A DNA stretch of 64,000 bases from Nemertoderma westbladi (lineage: Eukaryota > Animalia > Xenacoelomorpha): the NCBI GenBank assembly GCA_032718475.1, contig JAUCBJ010002853.1, forward strand, positions 1 to 64,000, given 5' to 3'. The position numbers were made by a program, and so were the translations under genes. Below, piece by piece: positions 12,001 to 18,870 of the stretch (its first letter is position 1; each line of letters starts with the position of its first letter). The notes beneath the pieces were generated by a model that did no database searches, was not told where the DNA came from, and worked only from the letters and a program-made list of their open reading frames with translations.

Positions 12001-12578
12001 AACAATTTCTCTTTATCGCTTAACCTAATAAAGGTTTCCTCAGGGTTCGTCACCACGCTCCAGAGGTGACGTAATTTGACATGTTGCATTTCATGGGCGA
12101 TGGTGGAAAATAGTGTCGCAGTAGAAAAATCAAAAACTCGATTTACAATGATAGTACAATGCCCTCCCTGCCATTGTGTTCTCATCCTAACCGTACGAGG
12201 CAGATTATCCGTATCCGTCGAAAGTCTCATCGTTACCTGCTGCTGTGACGTGGCAAAAGATGGGGTAATCTCTTCCAACATTTCTTGTGCAACTGCTAAC
12301 TTATTGTTATGTGTTTTATCTGTGTTGAATCGATCCTGCCAACTATTGAATTGATTTTCCCCAACATCATCCCGAATGCTATTTACAAGCCCATCTAAAA
12401 AAATGCCACTGTGCTGATCTACAGTATAAAAAAGGTCTTGTTGAAGGGAATTGATGAGCTTTATTTGAGCACTGCTTAACCGGTTGTCATCGCCTTGCGG
12501 CGATTCATCCAACGCTTTATCTAAAGTATCAATTTTTGTTTGAATGTTCTGTAATATCTGCTTTTCGCTAAGTAACAT
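1..12578 (-). CDS. Giant RTX-repeat (hemolysin-type Ca-binding) protein, probable multi-domain toxin; partial, 3' end beyond window start
   Basis: ATG at 12578 preceded by GAGGAC RBS (MLLSEKQILQNIQTKIDTLD...). The same frame is read at every point checked down to position 3, and the ORF track reports no closed long ORF here, consistent with no in-frame stop in the window. GGxGxDxL repeats at about 60-330, 790-880, 1040-1200 and 2160-2230; HExxH at 12081-12095, 9432-9446 and 6894-6908. Confidence 0.9.
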   Translation of the reverse strand, partial: MLLSEKQILQNIQTKIDTLDKALDESPQGDDNRLSSAQIKLINSLQQDLFYTVDQHSGIFLDGLVNSIRDDVGENQFNSWQDRFNTDKTHNNKLAVAQEMLEEITPSFATSQQQVTMRLSTDTDNLPRTVRMRTQWQGGHCTIIVNRVFDFSTATLFSTIAHEMQHVKLRHLWSVVTNPEETFIRLSDKEKLLGNLAIIFVKHLQAIEQSLPNGAFYYQSIDELLAYNLQTAVGFRIFNSAHAIDYQITKQLGSAFENDNFSAPLTTIFHRANFFRLIETFRRIAAPLSEKSKEYLCNILMRHTDPTDFQYLQAIKIREVIIDLEPPKYLDLPITEDILKHFKALVRSIVPFEFDAFWQENFFMLTLEPPLTFEEHFSTWNKEKQQHLIPAIISISPETNRYLYVNDGQTKHLLDTATQHLTDIFTNSDQTLENFVDEYRKLAPFIEAVRRNPGMSIADNLDSPEFKTALFNVIDFIENANTQNLLTAHIQLQTLIGAIEAYSSGENNVNLEQNKKLAQLKQTLNTIAEPENDSWVRDNYYKIALLQLQFKDLVDALKKNLATPVTLFEPFDPLVEEVQRLINQVEPPFNLAEISLAEISLAEISIEDVAKLRLYQLATKITTHNQWDNQLALMLPQLLVKVEDFDYPINILFQKDGQIQVNSQGEQIYHSIHNPDSNEQIIELVLINPDTNNSRWGVSIEGAVETFPDYPRHTSFYRAVLTACLVYEEYSDEDISDEEISDLRESLSDNIKDNLEGLAPFAVENFDSLKQADIHPDDLVQMMENLALPTILSKIPSAVRLLTQSTAKLLTYSQTRTIAQSSVLSAEYQRITNLLQKNIHILWESINQGPGLSSIINNLNNPDFNSTQTLYQRTVELLQENAMPDSTSAQISTAVLELLNANPDLFNFIPENKRQATIDAFKKDLLVPLALDYQLTQYNHNLLETVQNLFNQTNFLQFVQDGQAALKYQTFINPQQYHSYIAKIIEKIALALKINKIPRLNIVGQPIQNELGEFGVASYHHQKNQIAIDLTKIEDIYDMVGKITHELIHAHQYQLLDRFNRGEISINSADYITVLLLKESLENPQLPYASKLSERSAHTIEHLAVLHLESKLMPDPDIDASITIRLDALNAIFNTTELLELLAQPSLPLSSKIFFHYLETQINKTDTEIEVSEYPQLKQTINTLPKDWKHYLFDHKPELAKTLGFDESERFIRANQRALEQSSLAITEPVLILTEAGKQHITNAPLTDGINYISVDINQYLNNINQINTEQLNQYLISHIPNANFDAIVNTYQQWVRIHKEQREDERYGLSSSLPLGKDMHLYLQYQNNQLSGLLISLKLINNNVNLITLVSDPNKQRQGLATQLVQHASADVFNNQPEINTLYADKIIHTGATHALLNNYFEPFYNNTNQGRLNYMGGNPQQRTYHDLYNYLPQAQGENLLVKVDEPQGAEAGLSPNQALINQLQDLAQNGPNLAIQAEIEQGLETQQYSMLDIIEIINQQPLGTLNKNQRENLNASLQALKVSQVSELVTQQIDQIIEAPQQALINKATQLIKAFGQTISNNTEQQANEFTQAIGQYDWHTINQAFEATQSTLNQAESSKVLKALETFSMPVAQKVKLLRIHSNTYGLGGAPGDMDLSNSPFVEYLRQFANGKNEDSYLNWVPESYDVSVAEEQIIANSINDILGDTTINFSDLKTRMNESNHALSDERLLASLYFSGNIENVRIDQLFERPIDLISLNPDLSIEQRQFKNAYLASVIDPLLEGFDVHFIEQYARLVSNGVEGHPSIEDSTPALKSLIEDEIRKIIKGMSERLGVQKPTVTFDSNSHTGESSQTLASYRHNSYQINFTDNYLDRIISTSAIEENDIFNQHQWLTTAGVLRKKMCAVIAHEMMHLAQHQFIDNMKGIPGSNAWVLAGLYAMTHQLRSDATPSNELIENIAYKTGYFVEYILEGNKSNAEKPPEIEFILETYQSILGSRFDSFFAKHFVKQYKPDLTITLDMLTNQQSTIIPIIADKPWLWSVRLAEIKTHQDKLDSTKRVFVDSIISILPMVSSLVKNTALTDNEYQAFLQGIKNNPNHNLLLIQELLIPSNGSNRFDAMLIEKRQQLIDIFRSTDIQQYKVLSYILAKKNFEKLLDQHAPVELVEESIQNMARNYTEAGHEPIRLKKTIVDATNNLTASTKLYFTLSDKLHKSLTENNVSALVGFLESSKLEDFNGTKEQLITYSAQLLTYFYPGTFTNALVILDNIEQQLKAFEDTTLLGFDRTVRDFRVTIMNIKIESQGPQILNEQILGSMMEDIQIFDAINVDGSAYPLAQKFYELFSDESNPAIYSTISEGFNTKTYKLEDMVEAFQFLMMDHPSVFVENDNARKNREKARDLCIGFTLDNYKESTHTAINALVDNPLEYPIGDVISHNFSYYELPEMLDNAGNPLETPIEYPIGDVISHDFPTHSEMPVNAGNPYTYFDQHGEIMTPTQVDAFLGTNQAILGAAQEPLQQHEQQSDPKLPLQTLQAAAQYDFQKTMEQIDTGIQAACDASGQTRADINTIIYDQDNHTLGVEFTPDASGTIYQTVIELDHFQGYKAPGLIEKYYNWLNQVPGENRQKLAQGSGYVGKATGIFMTLRGFKGMLDSLNNGDISSAISSGAFAAYGLGDLIGTNKLITDQIGKAFGGIMFKELQGSEAAIETLDTFLAKGMGHVLTRVGMEAETAARVGEIAARIPVMAAVFGGLMISGDVQTLEADQAANAPQWQQNLDIADTVIDSVDTALFMAAPFTGPAAPFVEAAAMVLLTARLFIDNITADIIKEQQNAHNDWEMFYLGLKGFFEGIGDTFVELFDPSFEYNKEFSYYSELLEKTTEIHQLYTIDDHQGRHNTFNLIPVTKENQAPLMIGDTTLDLRGDTATYQWTMTNPLSEDEYTLDDSGVDWDRLTALEDPAAVETLVYQYSDGTYEDKRLIVDSERIDNIILSGAQRYYIEKSRTYTPNPSLPSSQYTEQEIEPTVRDHLELKKIEPVTHTVYGNDKDNNFFTPGNVNQHFTYHIEGGSGADTLQLGNAGNYHFWGENNLAEDTSNNDSIVFQADDQQGRIRYINASQSGNIIQTLSSDQLDFAQHRLNLNNAQTSQSFQVYIDGVENIYGSASTEVIKAGENTQYITFGGGQDALIRQAGSRTQYVIKAGNEVLFVNDHNNNPENTEQTYADLLRLDFHINDIDHDIAINNFTWNIQGATQQVFTFEADVVKDHHNLNTTIHLSQDAAKTLPLLTTDGVLFHLGQTETGAVDMLDIRIIASLWQAQHGQTLPNTSLENKDLIIDFDADAKGHFTLTQQAGTKRTLQFSNHSYESISHQAYDTQAGERRIQLTVDENLSIDISAGELVDYVFTTKDRVNYQLKMDAQGALSITNFSYQLTDTVSFSNDPENDTENDFDTPTYDANFLPEEGAIIIGTDNDQKYDILIGHTGNDQLIGGGGLNFMDGKAGQDTYILQANDGITIIEDTGNDGEASVILFQDFAWKDIQVFRFSGTELLVGIFAEDGPIYNNGPHLAETVASLRIDHRDPYLKGYTFMTADGVSFVVKFNEGMPSAQVVSFDQQIWNQFVAKNGETATSPTSQLSQLSVLQVYGSDQDDTLNLQSAKLVTPNQGDDYILLNDMDTTVLLNPGDGLNTIDINNYAAQNSEDAPPSPLHNIVFNNIDHQAIEIQAIEANRVLIGLSGDHSSQVSLAREQLSAFYFLTQDGVQFILNEELEKSILSIDLSKSDHPDLDLNNQLFEQAQFSSDRWVYGSTQANRIEGQLTHNNTFYGLGGDDTLIGGYASDSLTGGEGDDVLQGQAGDDTLNGGQGADDIDGGDGSDTLVFIGDWVSNQGVHVDLTTNQGQHADAQGDTYQHIENVVGSIFNDVITGDTNSNYLAGSLGDDILNGGRGGIDILVGGEGSDTYQIFRGDNVIIHGIEKPQDMIDEQIDQDQLRLNQYRLEELHFIQNDPDVLQILADDLRLFINNWSSRYQHYQLTTLDSILNPQELVEYVNAHVLHLGDYHDDYVANYSQSQAGIHIQTQQDLQHDQLHHNTADQAGDAHHDSFQDIKHIIGSYYADEIHAFDGLDFIDGGAGDDQLYAQDDHPISLYGQDGHDELIGSEQNDTLDGGAGDDFLEAGAGDNHLTGGAGADTLFGGQGTDTASYMHSTWGVYIDLEKYEAQGGD
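5193..5366. repeat. Imperfect internal duplication in RTX gene (two EYPIGDVISH..F...EM..NAGNP units)
   Basis: gtggctgatgacatcgccgattgggtattcta and ggggttgcctgcattg each occur twice about 90-100 bp apart. Confidence 0.85.
10764..10808. repeat. 15-bp tandem repeat x3 (encodes LAEIS x3)
   Basis: ggagatttcagctag ggagatttcagctag ggagatttcagcaag. Confidence 0.9.
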
Positions 12579-13269
12579 TGTTAAGTCCTCCGCTGGGTTT
12601 AACTAGTTGGGCTAGTCTTTTTCATTTCCCCTTACCCTTTACTGTCTTTATAAACTGCATGGGATATATATCAATATTTAAATATTATATTGATCAAATA
12701 AGTATAAATGCTTAAAGTCATCATAAGTATACATTCTTCTATCTTATACATCACATAATCTATAAAGCATCCAAATAAATAGTTTATTATTTGTTGCTGA
12801 TCAATGGGTTATATGTTGATGGAAAACAGCCAGACTTTTGTTCACGGGTAGGCTAACAGTTTATTTTTAAATGTCAAAAATTTTTTCAGGGTTGTTGTTT
12901 TTTAGGGTTAGGATGGGTGGTGAATTTGTAGGGCACAGAAAGAAACGAAAATAATAACAACCCAACAAAAACACCCTAACTCTAAACACACCAAAAAATT
13001 ACGGCGATTTTTTTATCTACACCTTTTAAAGTTTGTTTTGGAAAAAGCTTTCCATTTCTAACTAAAAATAACCTTAAAACTTTCCTTTTTGAGATAGTTT
13101 TGAACCACAAATGAAAAGAAAACAGAAAGAAAGTAGAAAGTTTTTAAAAAATTAAGAGGCGATTAATAACCTTTTAAATCGCTTTTAATCTTTAATTCTC
13201 AAACTGCTGAGTAGCCCCTTCCAAAATACCCCATCAACTGATCTTTCCTCTTTCTTTAAGATAGATCAT

Positions 13270-13821
13270 ATGAATACTTTACTCCCTCAAAATTCCACTA
13301 ATCTAGAAGTAATCGTTGATCAAACAACCCGAGGACGTTTAGATGGTTTGCCTATCACGCCTAAACATAACAAAAACCCATAGACCATTCCAGATCAACT
13401 CCTTCCATATCTTGCAAAAGAACTCAGTGTGGATTTTTGGAATGATGATTGGTCAGTTGAAAAGAAGCATTCTGTCATTTCTATATCAATTGATGCCCAT
13501 CGTCATAAAGGCACAATGCATGCCGTACGCACTGCCCTTAATGCCATCAACACAGACATTGAAATCACAGAGTGGTTTGACCAAAACCCACTCTCTGATC
13601 CAAACACAATGCAGGTCACCATTCTTGCTAAAGAAGGCTTGAGTGATTCAGTGGTGGATGAAGTCAAGGCTATTTTGGATACTACCAAACCCTTACATGT
13701 GCATTATGGAATTTCTTTTAAACAACTCTCAAGCGTTTTAATGAACTTAGCCAGTGCAGGAGTGATTCGTTTGAGAAAAAGTAGCCGAACAACTAAGAAA
13801 GAACATGAAATACCCCATTAA
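13270..13821 (+). pseudogene. Phage tail protein I (P2 gpI-like), interrupted by in-frame TAG at 13381
   Basis: MNTLLPQNSTNLE...NP*TIPDQLLPYLAKELSVDFWNDDW...HRHKGTMHAVRTAL...EWF...KPLHVH matches the Tail_P2_I pattern (LLP.N, LP.LA...VD.W, H..KGT..A). Confidence 0.8.
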
Positions 13822-14045
13822 AAATGCTGGGATTTAACACTAAATTAACAATGAATTAAAAAACACTTAAGTGGGCAAATCCGATCAAAGAACCACCCAC
13901 TTTAAGTAAAACCCGGGTAAGTGGAGATGAGTGAGATCACCTCCCCTTAAGCCAAACCACACAAACTGAATTTGTGCCATTTAACCGGTGACCCGTCACC
14001 AATCCAGCTGGAAAAGGATGTGGTCATTATATAAGAGAGAATTTA

Positions 14046-14855
14046 ATGCACAAACAACAACCCTATCCATCTAAACACAAACCCATCCTCCCTTGGATGG
14101 GGGGTAAACAAAGACTGGCCAAACACCTACTACCCTTATTTCCCAAACACACATGCTACACCGAACCATTTTGTGGAGGAGCAGCCCTTTTGTTTTTAAA
14201 AGAGCCCTCCAAGGTTGAGGTGATCAATGACATTAATGGAGAGTTAGTAAACCTGTATCGTATTGTTCAAAACCACTTAGAGGAATTCATCAGGCAGTTT
14301 AAATGGGCATTAAGCTCCAGACAAATCTTTGAGTGGGAAAAACAAAAAATACCTGACACACTCACCGACATCCAACGAGCAGCAAGGTTTTACTATTTAC
14401 AGAAGTTATGTTTTGGTGCAGTCATTTCCAATCAAACCTTTGGAACGGCTACCACATTTCCACCCCATCTAAATTTGTTGAGATTAGAAGAAGAGCTCTC
14501 TCAAGCGCATCTTCGGCTTTCTCGAGTATTCATTGAGAACTTGCCTTGGCAAAAGATCATTGAGAAATATGACAGACCACATACCCTGTTCTTCTGTGAC
14601 CCACACTACTTTGGGTTAACAGGCTATGGCGTTGATTTCAACCTAGATCAGTATCAACAGTTAGCTGATTTTGCATCAAACATCAAAGGCAAAATGATCA
14701 TCACCCTTAACAATCACCCTAAGATGCTTGAGTTGTTCAAAGACTTTCATATTCAAACCACACAAATAGAATATACAGTGAGTCGACAAAAAACAGGGAA
14801 GAAGAGTATGGAGTTGGTGATTAGTAATGTTGATGTAGGGGAGCATGATGGATGA
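14046..14855 (+). CDS. Phage-type DNA adenine methyltransferase (Dam/D12 family), catalytic motif reads DPHY
   Basis: PWMGGKQRLA, YTEPFCGGAA and EVINDINGELVNLY motifs; motif IV is GAC CCA CAC TAC (DPHY) at about 14598-14609. Confidence 0.88.
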   Translation: MHKQQPYPSKHKPILPWMGGKQRLAKHLLPLFPKHTCYTEPFCGGAALLFLKEPSKVEVINDINGELVNLYRIVQNHLEEFIRQFKWALSSRQIFEWEKQKIPDTLTDIQRAARFYYLQKLCFGAVISNQTFGTATTFPPHLNLLRLEEELSQAHLRLSRVFIENLPWQKIIEKYDRPHTLFFCDPHYFGLTGYGVDFNLDQYQQLADFASNIKGKMIITLNNHPKMLELFKDFHIQTTQIEYTVSRQKTGKKSMELVISNVDVGEHDG

Positions 14856-14979
14856 CAAATTGAATGAAATGTATTTAGAGGGGTTGGATGAGGTTGAGGA
14901 GAAACTTCAAAAGAAGGTTGAACAGGGGGATCAAAGTAATATTGAGGATGAGGGGGTTTGTGAGGGGTGTGTGTTGTGA
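14848..14979 (+). CDS. 43-aa acidic peptide ending in CEGCVL
   Basis: GGGGAG RBS at 14838-14843, start overlaps the methylase stop; MDDKLNEMYLEGLDEVEEKLQKKVEQGDQSNIEDEGVCEGCVL. Confidence 0.5.
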   Translation: MDDKLNEMYLEGLDEVEEKLQKKVEQGDQSNIEDEGVCEGCVL

Positions 14980-15125
14980 AATTTAAGGTGGTTTAGTTTT
15001 TAAGTTTGTTTTGGAATTTATTTTTCATTTCAAACTTAAAAAGTTTTCATTTCAAACTGCAACTTACACAAGGGGTGTGTGTTATAAAGTTTAAGGGTGA
15101 AAAATAGTGACATTGATTTTGGAAA

Positions 15126-15517
15126 TTATTTTTCATTTCTATTGTTAGTTGAATGTTTTGTTGAAAATAAATTGCGAACCACAATTGAATTTCTATCAAT
15201 TAACTTTTCAACAATAGGGGCTAAATTGTTGATCCACTGATCACACTCATAAACAACTTTATACAATTTTTCTTTATGGGCCTTATTTTAAACCACCTGA
15301 TCCAAACGTAAGTATTGCCATCCTCAGATGAATTCATTTCCCTTTTCCCATTTTGTAGGCAAAATTCATCCCGACTATTTACAATAAAACTGCCATGCAC
15401 CACCATGCCTTTTGAAATTTGACATGGGATAATTGTTTCATCTATCAATTTGACCCATTCTTCCATTTTGCCGTGAAATACTTGGTAAAATCTCAATTCA
15501 AAAAATGGATGCATCAT
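15126..15517 (-). pseudogene. NIPSNAP-family protein, frameshifted near 15290
   Basis: FFELRFYQV..GKMEEWVKL.DETIIP.QISKGMVV.GSF...YVWIRWF continues in another frame as KEKLYKVVYECDQWINNLAPIVEKLIDRNSIVV. Confidence 0.7.
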
Positions 15518-15570
15518 CTATCTCTCCAAACATTATTGCAAAACTCAATCAACCACTATATGGCAAAAAA

Positions 15571-17358
15571 TCATATACCACAGACTTTAACCGCTACTCC
15601 ACCGTTACTGAATAAGTTGGAACGGTGATTATAATTAACCCCTTCTTCCTTACCCTGTTTTAAGTCTTTTTTTTTACCCCTACCCTTTTGTAGATTTACA
15701 GTCTGGGTAGTGAGTTTACTTGACCCATCTTTGACAGAGTATCCCTTACTCTTGACATTTTTATCGTTGTAAACCAACTTATCACGAACAACAGGAACTC
15801 TAAAGACCACCTCAAATTTGTGTCCTATTTGCTTGATGTTTTTGTCTCTATCTTCCCCATATTCAACAAGAACAACAATCTTTCTAATCAGTCCATCTAA
15901 CCACTCTTTTTGGTTTTCAGTCGACGTTGAAACTTTGGTTTTTAAGTCATCCCCATATCTCTCTAACCAATCCAACCAGATTTTCTCTTCACTCAAATCT
16001 TCAATTTCAAGTTCAGTCTTTTTGAGTTCCTTCTTCAAGGTATCAAGTTCAACAGTAAGGTTCTTAATAATACCTTCTGTAATCTTCTTCTCTCTACGTC
16101 CTTGAACTAAATCTGTTTCCATCGAAATGATGTTTTCGTATGTCTGTTCTTGTCTACGAATAAGTTTTTTACACTTCTCCTCAAGTTTGGTTTCCCTCTC
16201 CTTGATATCTGCATCTTTATCAAATTTCTTACTCAGAACATCGTGCTTAAACTTCTCTTTCAAGATGACAGAATTGGAAACTACGTCTCTAATTCTCTCT
16301 ATTAGATAATCGTCTGCATTATCCATATTCATGGATTTTCGATTAGAACAATTGGTTTCTCTTACTTTCTTCCAATTTCTCTCTCTGGTTACACAAAAGT
16401 AGGACTTGGTATCAAAACTTGAACCGTCTTTTCTTGTACCAACCTTTACCCTTGAACCAATTTTCTCACCACACTCACAGACCATATACTCTCCAAAAAC
16501 GGTGGTGTGCTTCTTATTGTTGTCTTGGGTTTTACGTCTTTTATCCATCTCATTACGAACCTTAGTAAAGGTTGAACGAGATACGATTGAGGGGATGGTG
16601 TATGTAAAGGTTACATCTAGTTCCTTATCGTAGAATTCCTTTTCCCCAATGTAAGACCTGTTCCTTAGAATACTCTCCAGAGTACCTAAGTTCCAGTTCT
16701 TGTCTGATGTGCGTCTTGGGTGAATTCCGTCAGTCTTTCCATCTGTATCCAATGCTTTCTTGATGTCCATTGTGGACTTTCCCTCAAGGACTGAATTGAA
16801 GATAAACAGAACCCATTTACTCTCCAGTTCATCAACAGATAGGACACCATCAATTGACTTATATCCAAACAATACAGTTCCACCGTAATGACGGTTAGAA
16901 ACCCCTTGTCTTAACAAGTACCTCTTACCCTGTTTGGATTTATGACTTCGTTTCTCATTTTCGTATTGTTGCAACTTAGAAACGATATCGTATGTAAGTT
17001 TCTCTTCAAGACTATCAAAATTACAAAGGTTTCCACTTTCACCTTCGTAAAATCGTACATCGTATTTTTCTAAGTAATGCCGTCTGAATAGAACACTATC
17101 GGTTTCATCTCTGAATAAACGACTTCTATCAAACACCCACAGATGTTTGACCAAACCCTTTTCAATATCTTCCTTGATTTCCTCAAGTCGAGGACGAAAT
17201 CCTATTGTCGAACTTTTCGCACCTTCATCCCTTGCACGGAACTTGAGGTTGAGTTTCTTCGCAATCTTCTCTCCATACTCCTGCTGAGTATCCAGAGATT
17301 GACCCTTTGTCTGTTCCTGTGTCGAAACACGAAAATAACAATCAAGAAATTCAGTCAT
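15571..17358 (-). CDS. Large serine recombinase (integrase) of element B, integrated-state form
   Basis: YFRVSTQEQ catalytic Ser motif, DRSRLFR, recombinase domain, CECG..YFC..C zinc ribbon, coiled coil; ORF runs across the att junction. Confidence 0.93.
   Translation of the reverse strand: MTEFLDCYFRVSTQEQTKGQSLDTQQEYGEKIAKKLNLKFRARDEGAKSSTIGFRPRLEEIKEDIEKGLVKHLWVFDRSRLFRDETDSVLFRRHYLEKYDVRFYEGESGNLCNFDSLEEKLTYDIVSKLQQYENEKRSHKSKQGKRYLLRQGVSNRHYGGTVLFGYKSIDGVLSVDELESKWVLFIFNSVLEGKSTMDIKKALDTDGKTDGIHPRRTSDKNWNLGTLESILRNRSYIGEKEFYDKELDVTFTYTIPSIVSRSTFTKVRNEMDKRRKTQDNNKKHTTVFGEYMVCECGEKIGSRVKVGTRKDGSSFDTKSYFCVTRERNWKKVRETNCSNRKSMNMDNADDYLIERIRDVVSNSVILKEKFKHDVLSKKFDKDADIKERETKLEEKCKKLIRRQEQTYENIISMETDLVQGRREKKITEGIIKNLTVELDTLKKELKKTELEIEDLSEEKIWLDWLERYGDDLKTKVSTSTENQKEWLDGLIRKIVVLVEYGEDRDKNIKQIGHKFEVVFRVPVVRDKLVYNDKNVKSKGYSVKDGSSKLTTQTVNLQKGRGKKKDLKQGKEEGVNYNHRSNLFSNGGVAVKVCGI
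15594..15632 (-). other. att junction (element B arm + original glmS 3' end)
   Basis: Minus strand ATAATCACCGTTCCAACTTA-T-TCAGTA-AC-GGTGGAGTAG; the last 18 nt encode SVTVE*. Confidence 0.88.
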
Positions 17359-17362
17359 AAAT

Positions 17363-17423
17363 TAATCACCGTTTATTATACTTTCATTATAATCATTTTG
17401 ATGCATTAGTCAAACGGTGATTA
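17363..17423. promoter_or_regulatory. Inverted repeat TAATCACCGTTT...AAACGGTGATTA upstream of integrase B (copy of att arm; putative autoregulatory operator)
   Basis: Matches the TAATCACCGTT core of the element B att arms. Confidence 0.7.
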
Positions 17424-17528
17424 TTTGTTCTTAAAACAATTTAAGTCGTTGATTTTGCTTAGTTTTTATATTGACATTTTGCCATTTTTTTGGTAATATT
17501 CAATAAGATAAAGAAAGAGGTAATTATT

Positions 17529-18119
17529 ATGAAAGTTGCCATCTACGCAAGAATTTCAACAGACAATCTGGGACAAGATGTAGACCGTCAGTTACACGAG
17601 GTTCGTGCCTTTTGTGAAAGGATGGAATACGAGGTAGTTGATGAATATGTTGATGAAGGATTTGCAAGAACTACGAGAAACAGACCATCACTTGATAAAT
17701 TAATCAAAGATGCGAGACAAAGAAAATTCAAGATGGTGGTTAGTGACGAGTTGAGTAGATTTGCTGGAACACCTGCTCTGCTCCTCAATCTTCTTGAAGA
17801 ACTGAAACTCTGGAATGTGAATCTGGTGTCAGTAAAAGAAGGTATAGACACTTCAACACCTATGGGTGAAATGGTTGCAACGATGTTGTCTGCCATATCA
17901 AAAATGGAACTTTTCAATATCAGTCACCGTGTCAAATCTGGGATTTCAAATGCCAGACGTAAAGGTGACGGAAGTTGGGGAAAGAAATCAAACCTTACCA
18001 ATGAAGTGAAGGAACAAATCCTACAGAAACGAAATGAAGGATGGGGTTTTAGAAAACTAACCAAAGAGTTCAAGGTTTCTAACCAAACACTACGTAAGTT
18101 TTTACCAGAGTTTGCGTAG
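17529..18119 (+). CDS. Small serine recombinase (resolvase/invertase) of element B
   Basis: MKVAIYARIST, DELSRF, SVKEGIDTSTPMGE, C-terminal HTH; AGAGG RBS before ATG 17529. Confidence 0.9.
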   Translation: MKVAIYARISTDNLGQDVDRQLHEVRAFCERMEYEVVDEYVDEGFARTTRNRPSLDKLIKDARQRKFKMVVSDELSRFAGTPALLLNLLEELKLWNVNLVSVKEGIDTSTPMGEMVATMLSAISKMELFNISHRVKSGISNARRKGDGSWGKKSNLTNEVKEQILQKRNEGWGFRKLTKEFKVSNQTLRKFLPEFA

Positions 18120-18183
18120 GGTATCCGCCGATTGCGTATGATTTATCGCACTGTGCCGTAAGTCATATGAAAATCAACAATAT

Positions 18184-18191
18184 TATAAATA
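18184..18191 (+). promoter_or_regulatory. T4-type late promoter consensus TATAAATA (putative)
   Basis: Exact TATAAATA upstream of ORF 18305; a chance match is possible in AT-rich DNA. Confidence 0.35.
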
Positions 18192-18304
18192 TATGAATGA
18201 TAAGGATGAAAAGAATAGGAAACCTTGTTCGTCTTAATCTGTTTTCTAACGATAAGAAAAGGGGATGGAATAACTCCTTATCCATCCCCTTCAAGGAATA
18301 ACTT

Positions 18305-18754
18305 ATGAACATAAACCAAGAACATTCCCAACAAGTATTTATACAGATGAAGGATATTATTCTTTCGTCATGGACTACTGGTGACCCCATCGCAACCTAT
18401 GAAGAACTTGCTAATGAACTCACCCAGAACGGTATCACGAACTACTACGGACAACCCTACACCCACTGGACACTACGTAAGATGATACAACGCATGGATA
18501 AGGTTGATGAGGATTTAGACTTCAGACAAGAACACTATCCAATGATGCTGTATCTCAAGGACAGTAACATTGGACTAAAGACACCAACTCGTCCTGCCAA
18601 ACCTATTAAATCAAGAACTGCAAAGACAGTTGATGTGGATGAGGAACTGGATACCAGAGAGTTACAGGGACTCCATGACAGACATCAGTTCGCATTACCT
18701 AAATGGATGAGGGATAAAATTAAATTTCATCCAAGTGTCCAAAGTGTCCCATAA
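18305..18754 (+). CDS. Hypothetical protein with recombinase-domain-like HTH; homologue of 31396-31755
   Basis: ELANELTQNGITNYYGQPYT..TLRKMI...DLDFRQEH aligns with EIAEALQRIGVRNTVGNPYT..NLRQLV...DDDFRQDH. Confidence 0.65.
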   Translation: MNINQEHSQQVFIQMKDIILSSWTTGDPIATYEELANELTQNGITNYYGQPYTHWTLRKMIQRMDKVDEDLDFRQEHYPMMLYLKDSNIGLKTPTRPAKPIKSRTAKTVDVDEELDTRELQGLHDRHQFALPKWMRDKIKFHPSVQSVP

Positions 18755-18870
18755 ACCTTATAAGTACCTATGTAGAGGTTCAGATAAAGATAAGTCTAAC
18801 TTCTATTCATCCTAAAATAATCAATCATTTGAACCTTGCATCGTAGATGCAATCGTCCGTAGGACGAGAG

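Noticed and set aside
203-12354. Many short ORFs listed in the ORF track
   Set aside because: They are alternative-frame or antisense shadows of the single giant RTX ORF
13381-13383. Amber stop as evidence of genetic-code reassignment
   Set aside because: TAG terminates intact genes here (glmS, nrdB, resolvase), and other pseudogenes also carry TAA/TGA stops and frameshifts
13860-14040. Possible riboswitch or ncRNA upstream of the methylase (CTTAAGTGGG...CCCACTTTAAG stem, GGGCAAA)
   Set aside because: Only a partial resemblance to c-di-GMP-I; the second stem and conserved core are not recognisable without a covariance search
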